NCBI GenBank assembly: GCA_002269645.1
Contig: NIVC01000222.1
Span: forward strand, 124,001-188,000
Length of the DNA stretch: 64,000 bases
Direction: 5' to 3'
DNA from: Macrostomum lignano
Taxonomy: Eukaryota
The notes beneath the pieces are model-generated. The model saw only the letters and a list, made by a program, of their open reading frames with translations, searched no databases and was not told the origin of the DNA. The stretch's first letter is position 1. Every line of letters begins with the position of its first letter. Shown here piece by piece: positions 1-12,300 of the stretch. The position numbers and the translations under genes are program-made.

Positions 1-457
1 ATGCTTACGTCGTATGTTAAGCAGAATTCGAAGCGGTTAGTACCCAACTAATTAGTCTCAGCTCCGGTTTACACTGGTGATGGGATAACTCCGTACGACC
101 AATATCTCAAAATCTTTTGTCAAATTAAGCTGACACACTCGCCCGTGAAGGTTGTCTTGTGATGCACGACCGCCCTCCCCAAGGCACTGTACTCAAGGTC
201 TGTACATGCCTAATGATTATAAAGTCTAAAAGACCTACTTAGAGTATCCGGGCGCTGGAACGTGCTCAAGAGTCGGACGATTTCGTCAAAAGCTTTGCGT
301 CAGGGTGCCCACAATCCCCTTGCCAGTATATTATCTTTGTTTTTGTTATGATTTCAACTACTGACAGTAAGTAGTATGCATTCCGATAACAATTTATGTC
401 GGTGCAATAGTCGGCTAAGTCAATTAAATCAATAAAGAACCAGTTTATCTGCTGTCC

Positions 458-3139
458 ATGTCCTCCTACTCCATGCCAACAATGGACTCTAGCTGCACTT
501 TAATAGTTCACGGTTTGCCGCACAATACAACGCCAGACATCTTGGCTAAACAAATGGGCCGCTGGGGACAAGTTGATCGAGTCTTACTCTGTCCGGATCC
601 CGGCTACGTGCATGCCGACACTCTGGGATCTCTGGTTGGCCCTCTGTGGGCTCTAGTAGCCTATGTTGATCCTGCTTCAGCTGTGGAAGCCTTGAACTCT
701 TGCCAGGAGTCTAATGTATTTCAACTCCGCCGATATCGATCGCCCACTGATCCGCCGTTTGATGAGGCTAGCGATGGCCAGCTGATGATGCCTAACGCTG
801 CTGGGGCTTCGGCTACGCCGACTCTAACTGGTCAACTCGAACTTCTGCGCGCTAAATGCGCTGAACTGCAGGTGAGTGGGGCTGGCCGTTGGTGGAATCT
901 CCTCATATTTTACCTACATAAAAAGCTTTACAGAAATCAATAATGAAACCACTCAAATACAAATGTACCAATAAATACCAATATACCAATAAATCAAATC
1001 AAATATTAATCCCTAATGACCTCGGGTAGACTGAAATGATCCCTAATAACCTCAAGCGGACTAAAGTAGTCCCTAATGACCCCAGATAGACTAAAATAAT
1101 CCCTAATGACCCCAGATAGACTAAAATAATCCCTAACGACCCCAGATAGACTAAAATAATCCCTAATTGACCCCAGATTGACTGAAATGATCCCTAATGA
1201 CCCCAGATAGACTAAAATAGTCCCTAATGGCCCCAGATGGACTAGAATAATCCCTAATGACCCCAGAAGGACTAAAAAAAATTCCCTAATGACCCCAGAT
1301 AGACTGAAATAATCCCTAATGATCCCAGAGAGACTTAAATAATCCCTAATGACTCCAGATGGACTGAAATAATCCCTAAAGACCTCGAATTAGCAAAAAG
1401 CGAGCTTTAAGTCCTGATAAACCTCAAATGTAAAGTAGAAGAATAAAAATAGCCTATCAAGAATACAGGCACAATTCTTTGCTTCCACATTTTCATCCAG
1501 GCTGAGAACCAACGCCTAGCCAGCGCAGTCTACGACAAAGACAAAACCACACGCCTCCTGCTAGCCAACGTTGAAGCCTGGAAGCAGAAGCTCGACTGCG
1601 TTGAAAAGAGCAAAGCCCAAGACGTGCAGCGTCTGCAATCCTTCATACAAGATCTAGATCGTATCGGTGAGCAGCTGGTTGGCGGCATCGGGGCGATGCG
1701 GATGCAACTAGAGGAGCGTCGAGCTGCCGAAATGGCCATGCAGGCTGGCCTGCGCCGCCTGCAGGAGTTGGAGAGGGAAAATGCTACTCTGCTGAGTATC
1801 CTGCATGGTGAGTGTACTTACCCCACTTCCCAGTGTACTCGGTGAGACACCCACCCCACTCAGCAGTGTACTCTGTGAGACACCCACCCCACTCCCCAGT
1901 TTACTCAGTGAGACACCCACCCCACTCCCCAGTGTACTCAGTGAGACACCCACCCCACTCCCCAGTGTACTCAGTGAGACACCCACCCCACCTCTAAGTG
2001 TACTTAAGGAGACACCCACCCACTACCCAGTCTACTCAGTGAGACACCCACCCCACTTCCCAGTGTACTCGGTGAGACACCCACCCCACTCAGCAGTGTA
2101 CTCTGTGAGACACCCACCCCACTCCCCAGTTTACTCAGTGAGACACCCACCCCACTCCCCAGTGTACTCAGTGAGACACCCACCCCACTCCACAGTGTAC
2201 TCAGTGAGACACCCACCCCACTCCCCAGTGTACTCAGTGAGACACCCACCCCACTCCCCAGTGTACTCAGGAGATACCCACCCCACTTCTAAGTGTACTT
2301 AAGGAGACACCCACCCCACTTCTAAGTGAAAGGAGAAACCCACCCACCCCACTCCCCAGTGTACTCAGGAGAAACCCACCCCACTCCCCAGTGTACTCAG
2401 GAGAAACCCACCCCACTCCCCAATGTACACAAAGACACCCACCCCACTCCGATTCGCAGGCAAGCACAAGGACAATCCAACGCTACTGCAGCTGCTAGCC
2501 TCGCTGCAGACAGTCAAGCAGGACCTTCGCTGGCACGAGACGGAACACACTCGCCTAACTTATCTACTCGGCCAGCGGGACAAGCAGTGCAGTCAGGTAT
2601 CCAACAGATTAGGCGAAGCTAAAACTCGCTTAGAGAAACTAGCCTGGGAGCAGAGCAGCAGCGACAACCAGCAAACTGCTGTTGTTGTACGCGAATTAGT
2701 CATTGAACGGGACAGATTGAAGGCTCAATTAGCAGCCGTAGGCGTTGCCCCAGACCAGCAACAGCAGAAGCAGCAGCGGCAGGCTACTCCGCCGCCACCC
2801 GCCATGACCGTGGTGAAGTCATCGAGTGTGCCAGTATTCGATGACGATGCCGAGTCTGAGGATTTCGACGCCAACGCTGAGAATTTGGCACCCGCGACGC
2901 CGCAGGCTCCGATCGGGACGCCAAAGGCTAACAAGCCTCTGCTGGCTCCCATTGGATCTGGCAGGCGCTCTAAGCTGAATTCTTCTACTACTAATAGTAG
3001 TAAAGCTGCCGCTAGCAACGACTGCAACGAGTCGCCGTCTGCCGCCCTGTCTGCCGCTTTTAACCGCATGACTGTCGGCGGCGGAGGTAACGGTGGAGGC
3101 AGCCGCCGACCTCCGCTTGGCTCCCTGCAGCTGCAGTGA
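458..3139 (+). CDS. RRM-like plus coiled-coil protein, 3 exons, about 466 aa
   Basis: Exons 458-871, 1501-1807 and 2460-3139 join in phase (0, then 1) at GT/AG sites, giving 1401 nt. The N-terminal LIVHGLP...WALVAYVD resembles RNP2/RNP1 of an RRM. It is followed by heptad-rich coiled coil and an S/P/G-rich tail. Confidence 0.8.
1008..1388. repeat. 30-bp intronic minisatellite (CCCTAATGACCCCAGATAGACTAAAATAAT)
   Basis: CCCTAA recurs at 30-bp spacing (1011, 1041, 1071, 1101, 1131...). Confidence 0.95.
1808..2450. repeat. 33-bp minisatellite filling intron 2, unit starts with GTGAG
   Basis: GTGAG occurs at 1808 (the donor), 1842, 1875, 1908 and onward. Unit is approximately GTGAGACACCCACCCCACTCCCCAGTGTACTCA. 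Confidence 0.95.
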
Positions 3140-3224
3140 GCAGTGCGCAGTGTCTGCAGGGTTGAACTCCGTCAGGTGTTTTTTTTCAGGTAACTTAGTA
3201 GCGTTTTTGAGGGTTTTGTGACTT

Positions 3225-3640
3225 GTGAAATTTTTTAGGGTTGTTTAGGCGATTTTTAGAATAGTTTAGGTGATAATTTTAGGGTTGTTAACGAGTTTTT
3301 GGAATAGTTTAGGTGATTATTTTAGGGAAGTTTAGGTGATTTTTTAGTGTAGTTTAGGTGACTTTTTTAGGATAGTTCAGGTAATCATTTTAGGGTAGTT
3401 TAGGGGATATTTTTGGTATAGTATAGGTGATTATTTTAGGGTAGTTTAGGTGATTATTTTAGGTTATTTTAGGTGACTTTTTATGGTAGTTTAAGTTCGT
3501 GTAGGCCATTTTTAGGGTAGTTTAGGCGAATAATTTAGGATAGCTTAGGTGATTATTTTAGTGTCCTGTTGCTGATTGTTTTAGGGTAGTTTAAGACGAC
3601 TATATTTAGGTTAGTTTAGGCAATTTTTCGGGCTGTTTGG
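3225..3640. repeat. Degenerate roughly 22-bp TTTAGG-rich array downstream of gene 1
   Basis: Repeated TTTTAGGGTAGTTTAGGTGATTA-like units. Confidence 0.8.
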
Positions 3641-4754
3641 GTAATTCAAAATCACCAAATTTGATAAAAATTTAAATCTAAGAGTATTTGGAATACCATA
3701 ATTTTTTTATAAAATTTAGGAAAGTCTAAAATTAGGATTGTTAATATTGTGCTCTGCCAACGGTTTTCCTGTCGGCTATTTTTATATCAATTTTTATCCT
3801 TTTAAAGCATTTTAAAACATTACCCAATGCATACAATTGTATCCGTTTATACTCAATTAGTCCAGCTATTTTTCTAATTTAATATTTTTAAATTGGTGCT
3901 ACTTTTAGTAATACAGCAGTGACATTTCTACCTTTGCTATGCGTTTCTCTAAGGTGTAGTTAAAAATTATATTATTGCTTTATTTATAAATATCCATGTG
4001 TTTTCGCAAGCAGAATGTTGTCAATTTTGCTTATTGTCTGAGTCCTTTCTCAGATAAGTTTGCAATTCCTTCAGGAAAAACCAATTATATCGTAACACTT
4101 TTTGGTTTCTTTTCTATTAAATAATATTTTGTTGAATATCTGTGCAATTTCTTGATTAAAAACAGTTTTTTTCTTTAAATTGATTTTTCGGTGAACCAGT
4201 CTATAGAATTGCGCAGTTGAAAACCTTTGCTGAATTTTTGTTTTAATTAATTCTTTGATTTTCCCTGAGGCTCTAAATTTTGCAAAGTCTGTTGTCACTT
4301 TCATCTCATACTGTACTACACATAACCCTCCGTGTTTATTCACCATTCAATTAGTTGCGCTACACTAATTTTGAATTCGTACGATCAATTATAACAAATT
4401 TATGTTTAATCTCGCACCGCGCTTAATCCGACTGTTATTTAATCGCGTTAAATGATTTTTAATAAAAATTTGAAACAAAATATACCCAAAAATATTAGTT
4501 CATTGTCAAGCCCTTTGTAGCAACAATTATTTAACTATTTAAATTTGTTATTTAGCTCTGTTATTTTCACTCAGCTGCACTGCCAACTCAAAGAAATTGA
4601 CTAGCTCTTGATACTTGACCGAATACTCGTTCTTATATTGGCTCCGATTCTAAGCACCGCATTTGGCATTGACCTGCCAGCAAGTCAACCTGCATGGCTT
4701 GTGTTATTTATGTACTTCAGCTGAACAGCACCCTCCGAAGCTTGTGTAATTGTC

Positions 4755-5412
4755 CCAGCCTCCCAGATCCTCAGTTGCTGGGCCAGCCTCCCAGATCCCC
4801 AGTTGCTGGGCCAGCCTCCCAGATCCCCAGTTGCTGGGCCAGCCTCCCAGAGTGTCAGTTGCTGGGCCAGCCTCCCAGATCCTCAGTTGCTGGGGCAGCC
4901 TCCCAGATCCTCAGTTTCTGGGCCAGCCTCCCAAATCCTTAGTTGCTGGGCCAGCCTCCCAGATCCTCACTTTCTGAACCAGCCTCCCAGATCCTCAGTT
5001 GCTGTGGCAGCCTCCCAGATCCTCAGTTTCTGGGCCAGCCTCCCAGAGTGTCAGTTTCTGGGCCAGCCTCCCAGATCCTCAGTTGCTGGGCCAGCCTCCC
5101 AGATCCTCAGTTGCTGGGCCAGCCTCCCAGATCCTCAGTTGCTGGGCCAGCCTCCCAGATCCCCAGTTGCTGGGCCAGCCTCCCAAAGTGTCAGTTGCTG
5201 GGCCAGCCTTCCAGCTCCTCAGTTTCTGGGCCAGCCTCCCAGAGTGTCAGTTTCTGGGCCAGCCTCCCAGATCCTCAGTTGCTGGGCCAGCCTCCCAGAT
5301 CCTCAGTTGCTGGGCCAGCCTCCCAGCTCCTCAGTTTCTGGGCCAGCCTTCCAGCTCCTCAGTTGCTGGGCCAGCCTTCCAGCTCCTCAGTTTCTGGGCC
5401 AGCCTCCCAGAG
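4755..5412 (+). repeat. 28-bp dispersed minisatellite, copy 1 (GCTGGGCCAGCCTCCCAGATCCTCAGTT)
   Basis: Direct tandem copies. It produces spurious LLGQPPRSSVAG ORFs. Confidence 0.95.
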
Positions 5413-5520
5413 GCTAATCGGCTGTAATTGTAACAATCTCGTGCTCAAACCACACTAGCAAAGAAGAAAGCTATGAAAGGCATACTCTACATATATTTAA
5501 ATATATAAATGTCCTGTTTG

Positions 5521-7536
5521 ATGACCAGCCGCAGGTCCAGCTCAGATGGCTGGCAGCAGCAGCCCTGCCGATCTCAAACCAGGCGACGTCGCCATAGGAA
5601 AAAGCCTGGCGCAGACGAAGCGACGAACTTGTATCAGCGCGTTAAAATGCGCTTTGAAGAGGAGCAGCAATTGCTAAGCAACTCGCCATTGCCAGCAAAG
5701 CTAAGCAAAGAGTTGCAGAAAATTTTTGCGTCGTTGCAATTGAGCGGCGCTTCAATAAAATTTGCGAGTTCGATTTGTCTGGGGCTTGGCTCGCCAACCG
5801 ACAGTCGGGATGCTCGACTGCAATTGGCGCTGTGGATGTCTGCGTTGAAGGATGAAGCCAGCGAGGCTGGAGATAGCGATAAAGATGTGTAAGTCTTGGT
5901 TGCGCAAATTTTGTGTGGCCCTGCCGGCTTCTGGGAATGAATAGCTGAGGCTCCGTGTGTTTCATAACCATAACAGTGGTGTGTGATCGTTTTGATGAGA
6001 AACGCTATGGTTTACAGTGTTCTCGTGACTGTACATGTAAATATGTTACGTATGGGAGCACGAGAAATGCCCGCAGACGATTTGCCCGCAGGAGATTTGC
6101 CCGTGGAGATTTGCCCGCCGAGCTTTTCCCGCCGAGATTTGCCCGCCGAGGTTTGCCCGCAATGCTTTTTTACTGCAGCGCATTTGGCAACTAGATTCTG
6201 TCTGTTATTGTCCGGCTCCCCAAAAAAATATGCATTTGATATGCTGTTACTATCAAAAAGTTTTGATCGTGCAAATCTCTTTACTAAGATTTATTACATG
6301 TAATAAGCATTGGGAAGGCAATGCAGACAAAATCTGCAGTAAAAAAAGCATTGCGGGCAAACCTCGGCGGGAAAAGCTCGGCGGGCAAATCTCCACGGGC
6401 AAATCTCCTGCGGGCAAATCGTCTGCGGGCAATTCTCATGGACCCGTTACGTATTTGAAGCTTAAACTCATTTATTGTTTGATTCAGCATATTTCTGCTG
6501 CTCCTGTGATCTCAGGCGGCCCTATGTATCGCTAAATGTTTGTGACTCGGCATCCTCAGTTGCTGGGCCAGCTTGTCTCAGAGTTTTAGTTACTGGGCCG
6601 GCGACGTCGGCAGCCTGCAAGATCCTCAGTTGCTGGGGCACCCTCCAAGATGCTCAGTCGCTGGGCCAGCCTCTTAGATCCTCAGTTGCTGGGGCAGCCT
6701 CCAAGATCCTCAGTTGCTGGGCCAGCCTCTTAGATCCTCAGTTGCTGGGGCAGCCTGCAAGATCCTCAGTTACTGGGGCACCCTCCAAGATGCTCAGTTG
6801 CTGGGCAAGCCTCACCAGTCTTTAGTTGCTGGGCCAGCCTCTTAGATCCTCAGTTGCTGAGGCAGCCTCCAAGATCCTCAGTTGCTGGGGCAGCCTCCAA
6901 GATCCTCAGTTGCTGGGGCAGCCTCCAAGATCCTCAGTTGCTGGGCCAGCCTTCCAGAGTGTCAGTTGCTGGGCCAGCCTCCCAGATCCTCATTTGCCCG
7001 ATTGACCAAAACTTTCCCGATCCCGAAGGCTCGCCGCCTCAGCGCCGCTGCTGCTAGCCGTGGACCCCGCGTTCACCCCGGAGGACGAGCAGCTGCTCTC
7101 CAGTCTGGGGGTGACGGTGGGCGACCCGACATCGGCCGCCAGCCGCTACTCCGCTTTGCCGCTGCCCTGCCTGGCTTTCCTGCCGCACGCGCCAAATTTT
7201 GTAATCAACAATTTTCTATACGAAAACTGGAGCAAGTCGCGTCTCCATGGACACGTGTTGCTAGGCAACAGTCTGGCATCGCTTCGAACTAATTTATCTG
7301 CGCCGGTACTGAGACAGCTCGGCTACATTGAGTCCGCGGCCGAGGTTTGCGTCGAAGCTGTGAGCTCCAGCTCTTTGGCCAATCGAGCTGACGAATTTTT
7401 CACCGCATTTAACGACATCAGTTTGCAATGGTTTCCCAAGATTGAGAAAGATTTCATTGGCGAAGTTGAGTCCAGTCTTGGCGAGCCGGTTTACGATTGT
7501 GCCGATGACAGACTGAAGGATCTGCTGGGATTTTAG
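5521..7536 (+). CDS. SRRD: SRR1-domain protein (SRRD/BER1-like), 2 exons proposed
   Basis: Exon 1 (ATG 5521 or 5509 to 5888, donor GTAAGT) has ICLGLGS...ARLQLAL. Exon 2 has DPAF..EDEQLL.SLG, FLPHAP..V.NNFLY.NW, LLGNS and AFNDISLQWF, all SRR1 motifs. The only phase-compatible acceptor I found is an AAG ending at 7028 (exon from 7029), so that boundary is uncertain. Confidence 0.85.
6054..6445. mobile_element. MITE with long inverted repeats and 9-bp TSD (Mutator/MULE-like)
   Basis: GTTACGTAT is duplicated at 6045-6053 and 6446-6454. Termini are GGG...CCC. The roughly 120-bp arms made of (GATTTGCCCGC)-like units are reverse complements of each other. Confidence 0.9.
6555..6990 (+). repeat. 28-bp dispersed minisatellite, copy 2 (more diverged, in the SRRD intron)
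   Basis: Same unit as 4755-5412 with more substitutions. Confidence 0.9.
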
Positions 7537-7547
7537 ATCCCTACCTA

Positions 7548-7685
7548 ATCGAACATCGCCCTCTGTGAATCGCCCCTGAAAATCGCCCTCTGTGAATCGC
7601 CCCTGAAAATCGCCCTCTGTAAATCGCCCCTGAAAATCGCCCTCTGTGAATCGCCCCTGAAAATCGCCCTCTGGGAATCCCCCTA
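7548..7685. repeat. 28-bp (14+14) array AATCGCCCTCTGTG-AATCGCCCCTGAAA
   Basis: About 5 tandem copies just after the SRRD stop codon. Confidence 0.9.
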
Positions 7686-8094
7686 AAAATTACCTCTTGA
7701 AATCTCCGCCACTGCAAGTCACCATTCTCTGTCAACGCTTTGACCTTTGACCTCTCATTGATACGTTAGCCTAAAAAGTCGTTAAAGTCTAGAATCACTG
7801 AGACGTGTTTTTTAGAGATTTTGTTAACGATCAGCTGACGAAAAAAATACACCGTCTTTGTTAACTACATTCGCTTGCTTGGTTTTTACTAGATAACTGA
7901 ACCCGGTCTTGCTTGACGAACTTATTTGTTTTTTTACACCTGTCATAGTATCTAAGGTAATTTTGTTCCAGCTCTGATAGACGATAAGTCCGCAACTATC
8001 CACCTCTATAACTTCTGAGGGCTGCTATCTGCGAATCTTGTGCATGCTTATTGAATGCAAATATAGTTTGTCTGATGTTGCTTTTGGTTGCCAC

Positions 8095-9082
8095 CAGCCT
8101 CCCAGAAGTCCCAGATCCTCTATTTTTGGGCCAGCCTCCCAGATCCTCAGTTGCTGGGCCAGCTTCTCAGATCCTCAGTTGCTGGGCCAGCCTTTCAGAC
8201 ACTCAGTTGCTGGGCCAGCCTTTCAGATCTTCAGTTGCTGGGCCAGCCTCCCAGATCCTCAGTTGCTGGGCCAGCTTCTCAGATCCTCAGTTGCTGGGCC
8301 AACCTCCCAGATCCTCAGTTGCTGGGCCAGCCTCCCAGATCCTCAGTTGCTGGGCCAGCCTTTCAGATACTCAGTTGCTGGGCCAGCCTTTCAGATCTTC
8401 AGTTGCTGGGCCAGCCTCCCAGATCCTCAGTTGCTGGGCCAGCTTCTCAGATCCTCAGTTGCTGGGCCAGCCTCCCAGATCCTCAGTTGCTGGGCCAGCT
8501 CCCAGATCCTCAGTTGCTGGGCCAGCCTCCCAGATCCTCAGTTGCTAGGCCAGTCTCCCAGATCCAGAGTTGCTGGACCAGCCTCCCAGATCCTCAGTTG
8601 CTGGGCCAGCCTCCCAGATCCTCAGTTGCTGGGCCAGCCTCCAAGCTCCTCAGTTGCTGGGCCAACCTCCCAGATCCTCAGTTGCTGGGCCAGCCTCCCA
8701 GATCCTCAGTTGCTGGGCCAGCCTCCCAGATCCTCAGTTGCTGGGCCAGCCTCCCAGATCCTCAGTTGCTTGGCCAGCCTCCCAGATCCTCAGTTGCTGG
8801 GCCAGCCTCCCAGATCCTCAGTTGCTGGGCCAGCCTCCCAGATCCTCAGTTGCTGGGCCAGCCTCCCAGATCCTCAGTTGCTGGGCCAGCCTCCCAGATC
8901 CTCAGTTGCTGGGCCAACCTCCCAGATCCTCAGTTGCTGGGCCAGCCTCCCATATCCTCTGTTGCTGGGCCAGCCTCCCAGATCCTCAGTTGCTGGGCCA
9001 GCCTCCCAGATCCTCAGTTGCTGGGCCAACCTCCCAGATCCTCAGTTGCTGGGCCAGCCTCCCAGATCCTCAGTTGCTGGGC
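8095..9082 (+). repeat. 28-bp dispersed minisatellite, copy 3 (about 35 units)
   Basis: Highly homogeneous tandem array between SRRD and the amidase gene. Confidence 0.95.
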
Positions 9083-9379
9083 CACCGCTGCCCTTCGAGT
9101 TATTTAGTAATACCACTAATAATACTTGTAGAAGACAGAGGTTTACGTTCAAATGAATGAGATATATAATTCGGTGCCTGATTAAGTATAAGTTGACTGT
9201 ATAAATTAGACTGGATATAAGTTGATTCAAGCAAAAACTGTAATAAAACTCTGCTGAGATCGCACAATCGAATTGAAATTCCAATCAATTGAATTTGGCA
9301 GCAGTATACACCGCACTGCGGATTTGTATGCATATTGCATACTCGAACTTGGAACAGCCACCGGGTCCGCAGGTCCGCT

Positions 9380-12300
9380 ATGCGTCGCTTCAGCCAGCAG
9401 TTTCGAATTCCAACGGAAGCGCCCAGTCTCGAGCAGCTGTCGGCCACGGCTCGCGCCCTGGGTCTTGAGCTGCCCAGCAACCAGCTTACCGACTATCGCG
9501 CCCTCGTGCGCTCATTCCTGGCTGCATTTCGCCAAGTCGACGACATGGCGTCCAAAGAGGATTATGGGACTGCTATCCCTAGGAAGATGGATGGAATAAG
9601 GCTTATTAGAAAGTTCTGGAAGCCGGACCCCAATCCCGGAAATGCCTGGGTCACCAGGTGCGAAATCTCTGGCTCACTTTTGAGCAGCAGCAGACTTGAA
9701 TCGCCTTCACCCCTGGCTGGCAAGCGAGTGGCTGTCAAGGATTGCATCTCTGTGGCCGGACTGCCAATGACCTGCGGCTCTGAGCTGCTGCTCGCCAATG
9801 TCCCCGACTCCGATGCCACCGTTGTTAGTCGGGTGCTTCAAGCCGGAGCTACGATTGTTGGCAAAGCTACCTGTGAGGAGTTTTGCTTCAGGTGAGCGAG
9901 ACTTGATTAGTGTTGGGAGCTTGTAAACAGGTGTGTTCTGGAAGGCCAAGGATGACTCAGCAACATCGAAAAGTCGCCGCCCTTTGCCCCCATGAGCCGT
10001 GTCTTTCCACCAGCGTCGATCACCTGGCCAACCATTTTGATATTTAAAAAATGCTTGAAAAAACAATGAAAACCGCACGGGCGGAAGCTTCCATCAATCC
10101 ATCCAATCTTCGCCCTCCGCTCTTCCCAATCCGCGTGGCGCAAGTTGAGTCACTGAAAAGTCAATACCGCGAGCAAGACTTTAATTTTGTTGAGTATATA
10201 CTCAGCCACATTGAAAAGTCGCCAATATATCGCGCCACTCCAGTGAGCAATTTCTCTTGGACTGTTTTGAAATAAAAGATACGAGAAAACTGATCGGGGC
10301 AGCTTTTATCCGCGACCAAAGACAGAATCTTCTGTGTTAGCGACTTTTCAATGTTGCTAAGTATACTTCTGCGGCGAAGCTACCTGAGAGATTTGCGACT
10401 CAAAGATGAAATATCAGTGTCCGTTTAGAAAGAACTGGCTCAGTGTACAGCGGCCCGCCGACTTTCCAATCGACTGTACACCATCTGTGCCATGGGGGTC
10501 GGCCTTCATGGGTGTAAGTCGAAGGACGCCCCTACGTTAACGACGTGTGAAATTTTGAGCTAGTCAAACTGCTTACCCAAAAGTTACGCATCAGTTGGTG
10601 AACAAGCTGCACCTTAACAACTATTTTGCTCAGCGGCAGCAGTCACACGGGCTACCCGGGTCCCGTGTCGAACCCGCACGATCCCGACCGCACCGCCGGC
10701 GGCTCCAGCTCCGGCTGCGCTCGCCTGCTCGCCGTGGGCGACGAAGTCGACCTCGCCCTGGCCACGGATCAGGGCGGCTCGGCCCGCACCCCGGCTGCCT
10801 GGTGCGGCGTTGTCGGATTGAAGCCGAGTTACGGCCTGGTGCCCTACACAGGGACGGCGTCCATGTGTCGCCGGCTCGATCACATCGGCCTCATGGCTCG
10901 GACAGTGGCCGAAATTGGACAGCTCCTGGCCGTTCTAGCCGGACCAGACGGATTGGACGGTCGACAGTTGACGGTGGACGAGTCCGAGTTGCTGAAGTCG
11001 TCACCGAAGGCGTCACTGTTGAATGGAGACTTGAGAAAGTATAGGTGAGAGCGCTGTGCTTTGTTAGTGTGGTTTAAAGTGCATTTTCTCTAAAAGTATC
11101 AATTCATACTTATACAGACTGTAATTTTGTAATTTTCTAAAAGTTCTTTATGTACTTTTCTAATGTATTACTTTGTACTTTTATAGTGTCGTATGTACTT
11201 TTATGATGTACCGTTTTGTACTTTTCTAAAATGTAACTTTGTACTTTCTAGAGTATCATCCTGTTCTGTAATAAGCGTCATTTTTCATTTTGAGTACTTA
11301 TAAAGTTTTATTTTTGGTTTTTATATTATAATTTTCCCGTGTCATTGTTTCAACAGTGTTATTTTATCCAGTTAGAAAGTTCCAGTAATACTTATTCACT
11401 ATTTCTTTAATTATGCAGCTTCGTAAAATGTTGGAAGAACTGAAACGATTTTGAATGACACGTTAACCAGTTTTACTGTCTAGCATTTTATACTTGTAGG
11501 CTGTAGCTAATGCGCTTTGATGTATTTTGATGCATCCAATGCTCCACGCAGATTTGCTCTGCTAGCCGAAGGCTTCGTTGGCAAGGACGCCGAAGTTGAC
11601 GCCGCGGTTCGTTCGGCCGTTGATAGAATTTTCCAAGCCTCTGACGGCGGCGGCGGCGACGGCGGCTGTCCCGTCGTGTCCGTGCCGCGGCACCGTCGAG
11701 CGCACCGCTTCGTCAGCTGTCTGTCGCTGCTGAAGGGCTTCGGTTAGTTGCTGAGTGCTGAGTGCTGAGTGCTGAATGCTGAGTACTGAATGCTGAGTGC
11801 TGAATGCTGAGTACTGAATGCTGAGTGCTGAATGCTGAGTACTGAATGCTGAGTACTGAATGCTGAGTGATGAATGCTGAGTGATTAATGCTGAGTACTG
11901 AATGCTGAGTGATGAATGCTGAGTGCCGAGTGCTGAATTCTGAGTGCTGAGTGATGAATGCTGAGTGCTGAGTGCCGAGTGCTGAATGCTGAGTGATAAA
12001 TGCTGAATGCTGAGTGATAAATGCTGAATGCTGAGTGATGAATGATGAATGCTGAATGCTGAGTACTGAATGCTGAATGCTGAATGATACTTGTAAATGC
12101 TGAGTATAATAATGATTAATAATAGTTTATTACACCTGCCCCTCATGGGCAGATTTGCAACCGACAGCTCAGCCGCAGCTATTGCGCGGCGCATCTGAAG
12201 GCTGCGTACGGCTGTTCAGTCCAAGGACTTAGGGGTCGCCACACACCCTCAATTACCCCAGCCAATGCTGGCACCCATTTACAGCTGAGTGAACTGAAGC

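Noticed and set aside
1-450. Possible coding or transposon fragment at the window start
   Set aside because: There is no ORF or motif I recognise. It may hold a 5'-UTR exon (GTAAGT at 367), but support is weak.
4750-9160. Long LLGQPPRSSVAG / PASQILSCWASLP ORFs of up to 372 aa
   Set aside because: They are translations of the 28-bp minisatellite, open in several frames at once, with no splice or codon evidence.
12153-12206. Possible extra amidase exon (DLQPTAQPQLLRGASEGC)
   Set aside because: The acceptor is plausible, but the best donor gives phase 0, whereas the next exon needs phase 1. Left unresolved.
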